From Oopsacas minuta (taxonomy: Eukaryota > Animalia > Porifera), in the NCBI GenBank assembly GCA_024704765.1, contig JAKMXF010000325.1, forward strand, positions 275,739-339,738: DNA of 64,000 nt. The letters run 5' to 3'. The notes beneath the pieces are model-generated. The model was not told the origin of the DNA. It ran no database searches and was given only the letters and a program-made list of their open reading frames with translations. The translations under genes were made by a program, and so were the position numbers. Of the stretch, positions 1 through 13,100 are shown in pieces; within the stretch, counting starts at the first letter, position 1; the number at the start of each line of letters is the position of its first letter.

Positions 1-2
1 GT

Positions 3-891
3 GGGAACACAGTCCTCTCTCTCAAGTGCTCGTGTCCTATACAAGAGCGTGGCTGTGAGTGGCTAAGAACACTAGGAAAATGTGAGAACCATCTTGATGT
101 ATGTAGTCATGTACATGAGAAATGCAAATTCGGATGTGAAAAGGTGTTACAACGTGAGGAACTGAAAATTCATATGAAGGAAAAATGTGTACAACGTAAA
201 ATACCTTGTAAGCATTGCAAGAAAGATTTCAAAGCTGTGATATGTTTCAGCACCAGGCAAAATGTCCAAAGGTTCCACTAAAATGTGAAAAAGGATGTGG
301 CACAACAGCGGATCGCGAGAAAATGGTACGACGTCTAGAGAAAGATTGTGGTCGTGTGGTAGAGAAATGTAAACTAGACTGTGGAATAGAGCTACCACAT
401 GATGAACTCAATATGCGCATGCATGTGAATGAAAAGTGTAGAGAACGTATGATACCATGTAAATACTGTCACATACATTTCAAAGCTTGTAATAGTCTAA
501 CTATATAGAAGTTTGCTCGAAATTTCTACTGGAATGTGAACTAGGATGTAGTACAGTGGCTTATCGCGAGGATATGGCACGACACCTAGAGGAGGAGTGT
601 GTAGAAAAGAAGGTAGAGTGTCCGTTTATAAAGTACAAGTGTGAAGTAGGACTAATCAAGAGGAAGGAACTTAATCAGCATTTGAAGGAGAAGAGGACAG
701 AACACACAGAATTGAAACTCAGTGCTATGGGAGAGATTGTTATGCAACAGAACGAAATGATTAATAAAGATAGCGAATGGATATATGAGCAAACCGAAAA
801 TATATCAAAACAGAGCGAAATCATTACTAAACAGAATGAAAAGATTTTTGAGAAGAGTCATCGGTTAATCAGGTCAGTTGTACAGAAATAA
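3..891 (+). pseudogene. TRAF-like zinc-finger gene fragment, copy 1 (5' end outside window; frameshifted; no MATH domain)
   Basis: Frame 3 from base 3 reads GNTVLSLKCSCPIQERGCEWLRTLGKCENHLDVC...CKHCKKDFKA. After a frameshift near 236 it continues CDMFQHQAKCPKVPLKCEKGCG...CKYCH. After a second frameshift near 495 it continues ...ECVEKKVECPFIKYKCEVGLIKRKELNQHL plus a coiled coil. These are repeated TRAF-type C-x2-C/H zinc fingers. Similarity stops at ~865, next to a MITE-like end (~975-1000). Confidence 0.8.
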
Positions 892-1523
892 AACCATACA
901 TATAGTGTCAATTACTCCGGTTAATCGGGGCAACACCGGTATTCCGCTTTATTGGGTAAATAGTTTGTCCCTATGTGACCACTATTAAGCGGAGTCTACT
1001 ATAATTATCGTAGTCCCTGATAATTATATTGACTATCAGATTTGAGGGTTAACCATGTAGCCGCGGCATTGTTTAATGATTAAATGTAATACAATGGAAG
1101 TTTCCAAAGTGGGGGTTGGAGTGGGCAGGAGACAATTTTGATGAAATAGTATACAAGTAAGAAATTCCAAAAGTGGGGCAGAATCCATTAGAAACCGCTG
1201 AATTCATGCATATTAAGGTGGGATGACGAGTGCCCCATATATAGTAAAACATCCAGGACAAATCTTAATAAAATGATAGTCGTGAAATTCGGATGTCAGA
1301 AGTGGGGGATTTCCCAAAACAGGGCAGAGTCTTGCAAATACAGGCACACAAAATGTGCATTCTTCCAAGTTGCTACTAGCAATAATTATTAATTAATTAA
1401 TTACAACTATATAACAGGGGCTAAATATGGCTCTAATAAGTTGCTAAGGTATCCTCATAACAATTTTAATGTAATATCCTTAATTGATTGATAACATATA
1501 CTGGCAATGAATTCATTATAAAA

Positions 1524-3361
1524 ATGGCAACTGAATGCGTGAAACATCTCGAACCAGAGATAAGTAAATCTTTGTGTCGAGTCAGAAGACAAAATGGAAA
1601 TTTGGGTGATTTTAGGACAGATATTTTGGTTGAAAATATTTCAATGATATGGCTGCCTTGATTTGTAAACTTTGCCAAGGAATCTTAAGAAAGGCATGTT
1701 CTTCTGGCTACTAGCGGCGGGCATTTTTGTAAATGCTGTAAGAATTCCTGGAACAAGCGCAGCCGAACGCACAAGTGAGGAAATAGTCCACTTACTGAAA
1801 AGCTCGTGTCCTTTATACAACAGAGGTTGTGAACGGATATGAAAGGTAGGAAAATGTGAGAAGCATCTCAATGTATGTGAGTATGTTTATGAGTAATGCG
1901 AAATGGGCTGTGAGATTGCGGTACAACGTCATGAGCTCAAAATACATACGAGAGAAAATTGTGTACAACGTGAAATTACATGCGAGTACTGGGATCAAAA
2001 ATTTCAAAGTGTGTAGTATAGTTTACCATATGAATCAGTGTAACAAAATGCCACTAACATGTGAACTGAGATGTAGTACAGTAGTGTGTCGCGAGAACAT
2101 CGCACAACACCTAGAAAATTATTGTCGTGTGGAAGAGGAATGTAAATTAGGCTGTGGAATAGTGTTAACACACGATAAGCTAAAAATACATGTCAGTGAA
2201 AAGTGTAATTATCGAGAAATACTGTGTGAGCATTGCCAGAGAGATTTCAAAGTTTATGATATGTCTAACCATTCGGAAGAGTGTCCGAAAATGCCACTAA
2301 AGTGTGAACTTAAATGGCAATAGTGAGTCGCGAGTATATGGCACAACACCTAAACAAAGATTGTGGTCGTGTGATAGAACATTGCAAACTAGGATGTGGA
2401 ATAGAGCTACCACGTGATGAGCTCGAAATGCATGTGAATGATGAGTGTGTACAACGTATGATATCTTGTGAGTATTGTAAGAGAAATTTCAAAGTTTGTG
2501 ATATGTCTAACCATATGGAAGAATACCCTAAAATGTATACTGACATGTGAACTAGTATGTGGCACAGTGGTTTGTCGTGAGGACAGGTCCGACACTTGAA
2601 GGAGGAGTGTGTAGAAAGAAGGTAGAGTGTCCGTTTATAAAGTACAATTGCGAAGTAGGACTAATCAAGAGGAAGGAACTCAATCAGCATTTGGAGGAGA
2701 AGAGGACAGAACACACAGAATTGAAACTCAGTGCTATGGAAGAGATTGTTATGCAACAGAGCGAAATGATTAATAAACAGAACTAATCGATTTCTAAACA
2801 GACAACGAGATAAAGAAGAACAACGAACTTATATCGAACAGAAAATGAGTTAAAGGAACAAAAAGAATTTATTATTATACAGAAGAAGAAGATAGATCAA
2901 CAAAAAGATTTCTATTCTAATCAAAGTACCATGATTGAACAAATGTCTCAAAGGTTTACAATTCTATGCCCCGTCACTAAAACCACTAATCTAGAATGGA
3001 GAATTGAAGACGTGCGAGGTATATTATAGTTGAACTCACTACCATCTTATAAAAGTTTCGAAGTTGCTAGTTTTAATTTCGATTTGAGATTTCAAATACT
3101 GTCTCAATAAATATGCATTTCCCGCCCCAGGTAGTCTCAAAAGCTAATAAAATCCAATGGCCATTCAGGGGAAATTTATAATTCGTTGGCTATGTCATAT
3201 CAAGCCATGTGATACCTGGGAATCCACAAGTAAATTGATTGAAGTAAACATAAAGATTGTAGTAAAAGGAGTACAGTTGTCAACTTGTTGAAATGCCTGC
3301 AAATAATGGAATGTTTATCAGAGATGGTGGCATTGATCTTCAAATATCTGTGGTATTATAA
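1524..3361 (+). pseudogene. TRAF-like gene, copy 2 (degenerate RING, tandem TRAF zinc fingers, coiled coil, MATH-like C-terminus); multiple stops and frameshifts
   Basis: ATG at 1524 (MATECVKHLE...). LICKLCQGILRKAC...GHFCKCC is a RING-like remnant. SCPLYNRGCE is followed by about three zinc-finger pair repeats (ORFs 1856-2323, 2314-2550, 2559-2786). The C-terminus has LEWRIEDV...IQWPF...RDGGIDLQISVVL*. In-frame stops include TGA ~1850 and TAA ~1894. Confidence 0.8.
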
Positions 3362-3833
3362 TAAATGATTTTGTATTTTATTATTTGTTTCTTATCTAAT
3401 ACTTCGGTAAAATATTTTTTCTCAAAATACTAAATAACTTTAGTCCTACACTTCACATAATCACAACAAATATGTAGATTTACTGCAATAAAAAATTATA
3501 TTATTTGCATAGAAAATAGAAATCCAGAAATTTGGATAAAATATCTCGGGAAACAGTTATGGATAAGGTAAGTATGAGAGGTCTCCATTTTTCAGGACTC
3601 CAGGGTACATAATTAGATTAATTACACTTTGAACAGTGTCCTAATTCTGGTACATATTGTAGTTATCGTTCAATCCATTCCTTACAAACAAATATTGCTA
3701 GCCTTGCTTAAAGCCCCTGTGTAAGTGTGGATGAATATATTTGATAGTGAAAATACGAGTAGATATATAAATTGTAACTCTATTCTGTCTGCAAAATTTC
3801 TATTATACAATCATTACAATGCTAGATTTGCTA

Positions 3834-4128
3834 CTAACCTTTTTCTGCATCATCTCTTCGCTCTTTAATCCTACTGATCTCTTTCTCTTTATCAATAGTA
3901 TCTGTCTTCCTTCGCTTAGGGTCTCTCTCACTCAAACTATCCTCTCCATTCTCAATAGCTTCTTTAGAATGATTATCGTGATTATTACGGGAACCAGACA
4001 TTAAGTCTTTAGAGAAAGTGTTAGAGTTTAGAGAGTTTGGGTTAGAGCGTGATTTGTGAGAATCTTCTGATTTTGAATGTTTTGTGGTGCTTTGTTGGTT
4101 TGAGGCATTCTTGCGTTCATCTCTACTG
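3834..4128 (-). CDS. THOC2: THOC2 exon 14, charged low-complexity tail (probable last exon)
   Basis: Acceptor ttctctatctag|CAG is phase-2 compatible. It reads [10 protein letters not shown]...[10 protein letters not shown]...ERRDDAEKG*. The end AAG|GTTAGT could alternatively be a donor. Confidence 0.7.
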
Positions 4129-7100
4129 CTAGATAGAGAATGGAAATAATTACTGTATTCCTATTCATAATTATAAAGGGCAAGGAGGGTAGGGGAATAA
4201 ATCAAATGACATTGAAATGTATCAGAGGTGCTCGCCTATTAGAATACATTTGTATTGTAAATAATTCCTCAAATAGAAAGTTAGCGCATTAGCAAAGGAA
4301 ATTCGTGCAAAATACGACTTGCTAATATCTAACCCAGCTGTATATAAATAGATTTATTAATTAATTAATGTTAATAATCTATGTATATATATATTTATTT
4401 ATGTATATTTATTTATGTATATTTATTTCTGTATATTTATTTATTGATGTATATTTATTTATTGATGTATATTTATTTATTGATGTATATTTATTTATTG
4501 ATGTACATTTATTTATTGATGTATGTCCAGTCAAACTTGTCTATAACGGCCACGGGAGGGACTGGCCAAAAGTAGCTGTTATATACAGGTGGCCGCTATA
4601 GGAGGTTGACCGTGGTAAACTAGTTTGATAGTAACTTTATGTTAACTGTGCTGATATAGAGAAGTTGGCATTTAAGACAAGTGACCAACTGTTAAGATGA
4701 TACAGTGGAAGTATTTAATGATCGCTGCCCAAGGGACTTGCCAAAAGTAGACCTTATGGGAGGCCAGTAAGGGGCCAAAATGGTAGCCGCGATAGAGGTC
4801 ATTATAATGGGAAATCGGAGGGGACTATTTTAGGTGGCAGCTATGTGCAGGTGATCGTTATACAGAGGTGGCTGTTAGGTTTGACAGATATATATGTTTA
4901 TATGCCCAGAATTGATGAAGAAACTGGACGACCCCCAGGGCTTATTTTTGGCATACAGGGGTATTTTGGGCCTAGCTCGGACAAGTTCGAGTCTTGGACG
5001 AAAATTCACACCTATGACGAAATTATGACGTCATTGTAACCTTTTTGGATTTTGAAGAACACATTATTAGACACTGCTCACCTAATACGTATACATGATA
5101 GAAATTTGAAATTGGAATCACAGGTACTCCTCAATATGCCACACGTTTTGACGTCATGATTTTGGCCAAATACAAACTCATTATGGGATTATTACGTCAT
5201 CATGAATATACAAATTTTTTCAGAATTTTTGAATATCCCGATGCACGAAGTGCCTAGATTACTAATCAATTTTGATTAGTAATTGAATGTAATCTAAATG
5301 GACCATGGATATTAAAATATCAAAATTCTTCTGAGAATTCGAGGCACGTAGTGCCGAGTATAATACCCGATCGCGTAGCTATCCAATCCATCAAGTAACT
5401 TATCTGTTCAATACTTAAGCTAACCTGTAGCACTAAACTGTTCCACAGCGACCTAACAAGCGAAGCCCGCTAGTGTTATAGAAAGCAGGACTGGATTCGG
5501 TTAACCAGGTAACAGTTATCCGCCGCTACATACAGTTGACTGCTATAAGAAAATATGCTCGGTCAACCGATAAGGGTAAATTCTGTTAATTGATTCATCG
5601 TTCCTAGGGTCTTGAGATGTACAAAATGATTTATAAACGAATTCTTGCAACCCTTAAACTTTTGTAGTCAGGTTCACTATGTAATTGGATGACCCCTTGT
5701 TCAATGTGGCTAGGCGAGCTGAGTCAAAATATATGTATACCGACACTGTATTGTGTATACTGTATTTTGACACTAATTGTAGAAGTGTGAAGTTAGCACG
5801 GAATTCCTGCAGCCAAATATGAGCGTAATTTAACACTTAATAAATCAGTCAATTCCGATCAATTCACCTGAAATTTGCTATGTACCTTAATCTAGCTAAT
5901 AATTAATCCCTATCACACCTTTTCATACCACAATGACGTCGCAAATATTGTGATATAATCTCCATAGGGTATTTTTGTAATGTCATTGTGGTATGGAAGG
6001 TGTGATGTAAATTAAGTCTCTATATAGTATTTGTCTTATGCTATGCATTTCAATTAGTTTTTGATTGAAAAATTCATAAATTTTTGTTTACATAATTGCC
6101 TGAAAAATAGCTAATAACAATTTTTCAGTATATTATGTTTTAAAATTATGAATAATCCGGATTAGGCGCATAAAATAGAATGGGATCGATATCCGGATTA
6201 CATACACTTGACTATACAACATAAGGAATGATATCCTAAAATATTCGCGTTGGGATTAGGGCTCGATCAGTAATCCAGAGTTGCTCAGAAGATGGAAGAC
6301 AGACATGAGTTAAGAACTAGAGCTGTACCGGATTAGAGATTTTCTACTCCGACCGGATATCTTGCTAGACTTGTATCAGAGAATATTCAAGATCGAGGTG
6401 TATGAATTAGATTATCTGTGGGCGATCGGGCTTCTTCACGTCTAGGTTTCTGTAACAGTAGATAATTAAGTACACTACACATTGATATTTATCCACTTGT
6501 GAATATTTAAGTGACATCATATTTGTGGTATCGAATACATTATATTATATTTCATTCTTGCTTTCCATATTCCATATGAGGGAAATTTGGTCGTTCTTCT
6601 CAATTTCTAAACAATTATCGAAGAAAGACGCAGCTCTCTTCTCCAAGAAAATGGGGAAAGATTAATATTCATTCAAAAGAACCTCTCATTATATAATTTC
6701 AAATATTAGTTATGTGCTCTAGTGCCCTAATTACTCATATTCCGTCACGGTAAATTACTTATAAATATCCGGCCGAATCCGGATATCCCGAATATGGCCG
6801 GATATTGCCGGATACCGGACAGTTCTATTAAGAACTATTCATATTACCTGAGGGGCTTGGTGGATTCCAGTGCATTAGAGACTCTATCATCCTTCTTGTG
6901 GTACTCAGCTTCTGACAAGAGATTATTCTTGTGGTTCTTAAGCTTACCAATATAGGATGAGGCTATAATGAATAGATCATCTCTGTTACCCTTCTCATCG
7001 TCTTTAATCTTATCAACTCGCTTCTCAAGTGCTGCACTCAGATGATGTACCTACAGATTATTATTTTCAATAGTAGTCAGGGTTGCCATGGGAATGGGAA

Positions 7101-10100
7101 TCCCACAAGTTTGACTGTATTTCGATAACTATTTAAATTATGTCATAGGACAATGTCAAACACATATATGTATCATATACGAATACACGTATTGAATAAC
7201 GGATAGTGGATTTCTGATAAGACATACCCCTTCGGGAAACAAAATTAATATGTACTATACTACGTATCTAAATGTACATCTTAATCTTTGGCGCACTGAT
7301 TTAGGTGTTAGGAGTGTGCTCCCAAGAACCTGCATAATGACAAGGCTGGAACTGAACCCGAAGCCACCCAGAACCAAGCAGAAAGCCCGAATCCGATTCC
7401 AACTTCTGTTATGAGCTAACTAATGATTACCTTAGGATACTGAGGTAATAGCTTAGTTAGAATAATCAGAGCATTTCTAATCTGAATATAATCTTTAGAT
7501 TCCAGACATATAACAAGTGATTTTGTTATTTTAAAGTGCCACTTGAAGCAGATGTGTCTGAAGTTCTCAAAGTCTAGACAGTTCTTTACATTTTCGTTAG
7601 CATCACTGCTAGTCCTGATCATACTCACAAAGCCGGGAGTATTGGAACATTCTCTCTATACAATTACAAATATTGGATTTTGTTAGATATAAATCCTATG
7701 ACTATGTTAAAACACTATGTAGTGGTGTTTATTTTTGGACCAGGGGTGTGGGCCGTCGACCCCCCCATTTCTTTCCTGGGTGCCGTTTTCATGAGGTTTT
7801 CTAAGGACTTGAATAGGAGGCCCCCCCCAACTTCTATTTTTGGCAAACACCACTGCCACTATTTATACCAAAAGAACGCTCAATTGATGAATAAACAGGG
7901 CTAAAGGCTATTAGTCCCATGAAAGTTCACATAGGATATATATTACAATCAGGGAAGCTTATTGTGAACCCTCAAAGCCAGTCAAAGGACAAAAGTCTTG
8001 TTCGTAATAAAGAGACCTCAAATTAAGGAACTGTAGTTAATACTCGTCTTATGGGAACGATTTTATTCGGGCCACTGGCCTGGTTCAAATTGGAGGATGT
8101 TCATAATAAACGACCCCTGACTGTTTATTGGGTTAGCTTATTATGAAGTTATGAACACAATTTTGGTTTCATGAATGTTCATAAGAGTCCTGACTATACC
8201 TTACAAAGTTGAAGTTTGTATATTTGAATTAGAGACTTATGAGTCACTTATCCTTCAACAAATACCTAATTTGAAGATACAACACGCTAGATATTATTAT
8301 ATATAATAGGGCTTTTAGAAATAGAATCATTTTAGTATGTGGTCGTTAGTCGTTACACACTTTTACTCCTTGTACCTATGAAAATGTCTGAAGCACTCTT
8401 AACAGCAAGTAGTTTGGCCAATACAGTGGCGGATTTAGAGTGAGGGGTGCAATTGCTCCCCTCCTTTCCTAGGAATAGATGTCCAAAATACTCTTTGAAA
8501 TTATGTGGATTTGTTTATAATGATTTATTACAGTATACGCATATTCGTATACGCTATTGGCTATTGTAATTTGGTTCTAAGTATACAAATTACTCTACTT
8601 AATCGGGGCTACTGGTGAAATAATTGGGTACTCGATTAATTGCGACCAAAATTGGAAAAATGAGTGACTTCTATGAGGAGTCAACTCTACTATATATTCA
8701 CTCTTGTATACAATCACATAGTTTATTATACGTATATTATTAGAGCTAAAATTGTTGTTGCAGATGTGTTACAAATAGCATAGATGGATATTTGGGATTG
8801 AAATTTTTTACAAGGGATAAACCCCCCAGACAGGGGCATCCCTGGGAGGTCAGTCCCCCATCTTTGAACATGTAACATTCTTACTCCTACAGGTTCAATT
8901 GTGTCAGATATGTATGTAAAGGATCATTAACCCACCAAGTATATTATTACACCATTATTGTTCAAGTCTCCATATGAGTCCTCATGCTTGTTCTTTGAAT
9001 TCCCTCACATTGATAATTCTGCTGAACATTTCTAGAGAGGTCGAACCTAAAAATTTTCGAACGATCGCTACGTTCGCTCGTATTATTTAATGAAGTAGAC
9101 ATTATTTGAGAAGCATGGGAAAGTAGAAAAAATTCCTGTCAAATTATGCCCTGTGCTCAGGAATAATTAAAGTTATTTTCGTGTAATATTTGCACGCAAT
9201 GATCATGAATTTAGGGTTATGAATGTAGGATACAGTGGTACAATATATATTGATAGAAAGATTCATGGACGGTTAGCTGGTATTATCGCTATTCAGTGCA
9301 CAATTGCGACACTGAATAATTGCCGGGAACAATTAGATAATGAAGGCATACTTCCAACTCTTGCCATTCAAATCCCTGAATGCATGGAAAATATTCCTAC
9401 ATTTCTCGAGTTCTTGAACCTCTAAATATTTGGTTGCTCGCTAAGCTCGTTCGTATTTGTATTTTTGGTCTTTGAAATTGATATAAAAGACAAAAACAGT
9501 CATTATGAAATATCCAATCACCCCCACCACCTACATACAATCGCTCGCTTCGTTTGATATTTGCCCCCTCCTGTGGACTTGTGCTATGTAGCTATCATTG
9601 ATAAATTATTTGTCCCAAACAGGGCCGACGACAGGGGGGGGGTAGCTTGGGTAAAACCGGGGGACCCGGGTCGGTATGTGAAAGTTTCTTTAGGATTTAA
9701 GATATTCCTTGCGTCTTGTATGTACATGTAAGCTTGTATCACGATATAAATTCCTTTGTTTCACTAATAGAATAATTGCTTTTATCAATATAACACTTAG
9801 CAAACAAAGGATTCGCGATTCTGTCATTAGTAGTTATCATTAATTTATTCCATTGTTTGAAACCTAATTATTCATTTATTTCCTTCAACACTATAAAATA
9901 TGGAATTATAGAAATTGCTCTATTTCAATTATTAAATATTTCAATTTAAAGTCTATGTCCTACGTACATAAATTTACTCAAATTTCAGGATAAGTTTCTA
10001 GTTGCAATATATTTTTGTCTAAGGTCACAGGTATTACAAAAAATTGAATTATTGTCAGAGCTAGGGTGATGGAGGGGCCCGGCCAGAAATCTTGCTAGGG

Positions 10101-13100
10101 GGCCCGTAAATTCTGTCGCCGGCCCTGGTCCCAAATGAGAATATTAGGTGTATGTATTTGTTACGCACACACTTATTTAAATATTATATCAACAATATTG
10201 TAACATACTTCATAAGTAGATTTGCTCTCATGCCATTTACTGATAGTACTGAGCACAGCCTGTAGGAACTTCCCGTACCTACGAGTCTCATTCTCAGTAC
10301 AGCAAGTCACAGTGTATGATATATCAGAGAATACACGGTCATAGAACAGTAACGTGGAGAAATGTGGGGTTTTCTGTGCGTGCAGCATTAAAACAAACTG
10401 AGCACAGAATAAAGCATCAGTCATAGTGAAACAGCAACGTGGGAATATACATAGTTGTAGAAATTGTGTGATACTGCGGTTTCTCGTGACGCTAGTGTTG
10501 AAGTATGAGTTTTTCTCGTGATCTATACGTGCTACCACTAGTTTATGGTTCTCTGTCTGTTGTCGTAACTCTTCTTGTAGTGTTACTATCATAGTCTGGT
10601 ACTTCTCCTGCTCCTTCTTCTTCTTACTACTGTTCAATTCTGGGTTGTTGTCTACCTCTAGTTTCAGCTGTAACAAAAAAAGGAGTATTAGTAATCACAT
10701 ATGTTCATTACAAGGATACTATGTTTCAGCTCTGACACATGTCATTATGTCATTATGTCATTATGTCATTATTTTCTCAGTGAAATTAAACTAACAATAA
10801 TATGCTAACTAATGAGTTAATTGAAATGATTTCATCTTCACAGCATAATTAACATATTTCGAAGTAAAACCCCTGAAAATCTTCCACACGTCATAATACT
10901 TGTGTAATGAGAAAATGATAATGTAATGACGACACAAGTGTGCGTAGATGTACATCATGTGGAGCTCAGGGCTGGACTCGGTTAACCGCCGCTATATCCA
11001 GCAACTGATATGAGAAAATATATTTGGTTAAACGAATGGCGTCGTTTGAATAAATTTATTTAATCTTCCTAGGGTATGACAGGTCCAAAATCGCGAAATA
11101 TTTCTAAATGAATTCTGTTAGTGAGATACATAAGCAATAAAAACATATTAAAATTTCAATCCTTTTGTGTGATATCATCGCATCATGTTTGCATTTTTAT
11201 TAGTTATGGATGACAGACTGGTAGTGCAGCTCGGGTTCATTTGTTTGTTCTTTTCCAAGGGGGCTGTAACTCTGCCCACCCCCCTCGTGTGGATACCGCA
11301 CTGCAGGATGACAATCATTACATGATAGTCAACTAGGTATTGTTTTTAATCTCGAGAACTGAGCTGATTCGGGCTCCTGGGTCTGAGAATTATTTATGTT
11401 GACTATTGTACTTCATGTGATAATTATCTGATATCAATGGTTAAGATTCCCAAAAATTACCATCCAATTACCAACGAAACCTGACCATCAAAATGAAATT
11501 TCTAGTATCACTTTGAAATATACGCGAAAATATGATTAATCATATGATAAATCATGTAGATTTAGATTTGAAAATGTCAAAATATGAATCACAATACTCG
11601 ATTACCCCTAAAAGAGCATTTCAAACGATATCTCTAGCATCATTTTGAAATATTTGCAAAAGGTGTGAATATATGATTAATTATATGATAGTTCCGTGAA
11701 TTAGTCACTTTCGAGTTCTGAAAATCTCAGAATCGGACTCTACGCACCCAATTCCCCCGCACGTTATTCAATAGAATATTATAGACTCAAAAATCTACAT
11801 AAAATGAATTTAGTAAATTACGTCGGCACAGACTGTGATTGAAGATTTTTAGTGCAGCTCCTATAGGGAGGTGACCTAATGGTATGGACGATGTGCGACG
11901 TTTGTACGTCCGCTCGGCCGTGCGAATCTTCTCCGATTTCACATAAAATTGGTATACATATATAATATAATATATTTTTGGTCGGAGATGCACCTCGAGT
12001 ATGATATTTTTTCTTAAGTAAATTTTCTCACCTTTTTGGTGATTAATCATATTTTCACACCCTTCTATGTAAAATTCCAAAGCACGCTAGAGATTATGTT
12101 TCTATATCATTTGAGTGTCAGAATTGATTTCGCGTCCCTATTTACCCATAATTAGCAAGTGGAAGCTAATCTCAAGGACATTTGTAAAATATTTATTAAA
12201 AGGTGTGAAAATATTATTAATCAAGTGATAAATTAGTGTATTTACACTAAATATAGTATATTAACCAATAGAATTACAGTCTACTTTCAATACAAATACA
12301 TCATCGTGCTGATATAATCATATTCACTACACCAGGATCAATTTTATGTCGATTAGCCTAATTGACAAACCCTACAATCTGATTGGCCTAAAATGAAAAT
12401 GTGTGAAAAGGTGTCAAAATATACACATAAGAAATTTTAGATCACTACGAGTATACATGCCAAATTTGGTGCCTTAATCTCTAAAGGAGTAATCACCCTT
12501 TCAACACTTAACCGATTAAGAGTTTTACGCTCGCGCTCGTAATGAAAAGGAAGGCTAAAATTTTACCACTTCGTTTTAACCAATTCCCGCACCAAAAACG
12601 AGACTTTTCTTGGATATTAATGACAATAAGTTGAGTAATTTAATCGATATGTCGAACGAACTCGGCCCCAGCGAAAATGTGTGTCGCCAGGCCCAGACAT
12701 TCCTTTCGCCAAATCCTGGCGCCGCCCCTGTTCATGTTAGACATTTGAAGGTGTCAAAACAAATTATAAAAGAACTGTAAAGTGTCAAAACAAATTCTAG
12801 AAATAAAACGAATATAGTAGCTGATTGAGAAATACAAATACCAAATGGGTGATAAAGTCCCCCTCCTCCCTATGGTATTGATTAGTTCCCCTGAGGGAGA
12901 GAATGTCTTGATACATAGGCACAATCAGGGCCATTTTGGGTGGGCATGCCCACCAAAATTTTCCTCCACCGTAATACAAAAAGTATAGGGCGGGTGGGCA
13001 TGACGTCATCTTTTCCCACCTTGACTCATGAGCCTAGTTGCGCCAATGTCTTGCTATGCTGATGGGAATAATCTGTAATGAGAATAGGGGTGGGCCACCC

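Noticed and set aside
1073-1380. Coding-like G-rich stretch between the TRAF copies
   Set aside because: There are stops in all frames and no convincing motif. It may be a decayed gene or TE, but cannot be assigned.
4368-4601. ORFs 4368-4601 and 4381-4575 (DVYLFI / MYIYLL repeats)
   Set aside because: These are translations of an AT-rich minisatellite. The units have no unique spacers, so it is not a CRISPR array.
6241-6450. GC-richer segment in THOC2 intron 13 with an acceptor-like site
   Set aside because: All three minus-strand frames stop soon after the acceptor, and exon 13 joins exon 14 in phase without it.
7325-7410. Possible tRNA/SINE head on the minus strand (GGGTTCAGTTCC, B-box-like)
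   Set aside because: No cloverleaf or A-box could be built, so it is too weak to call.
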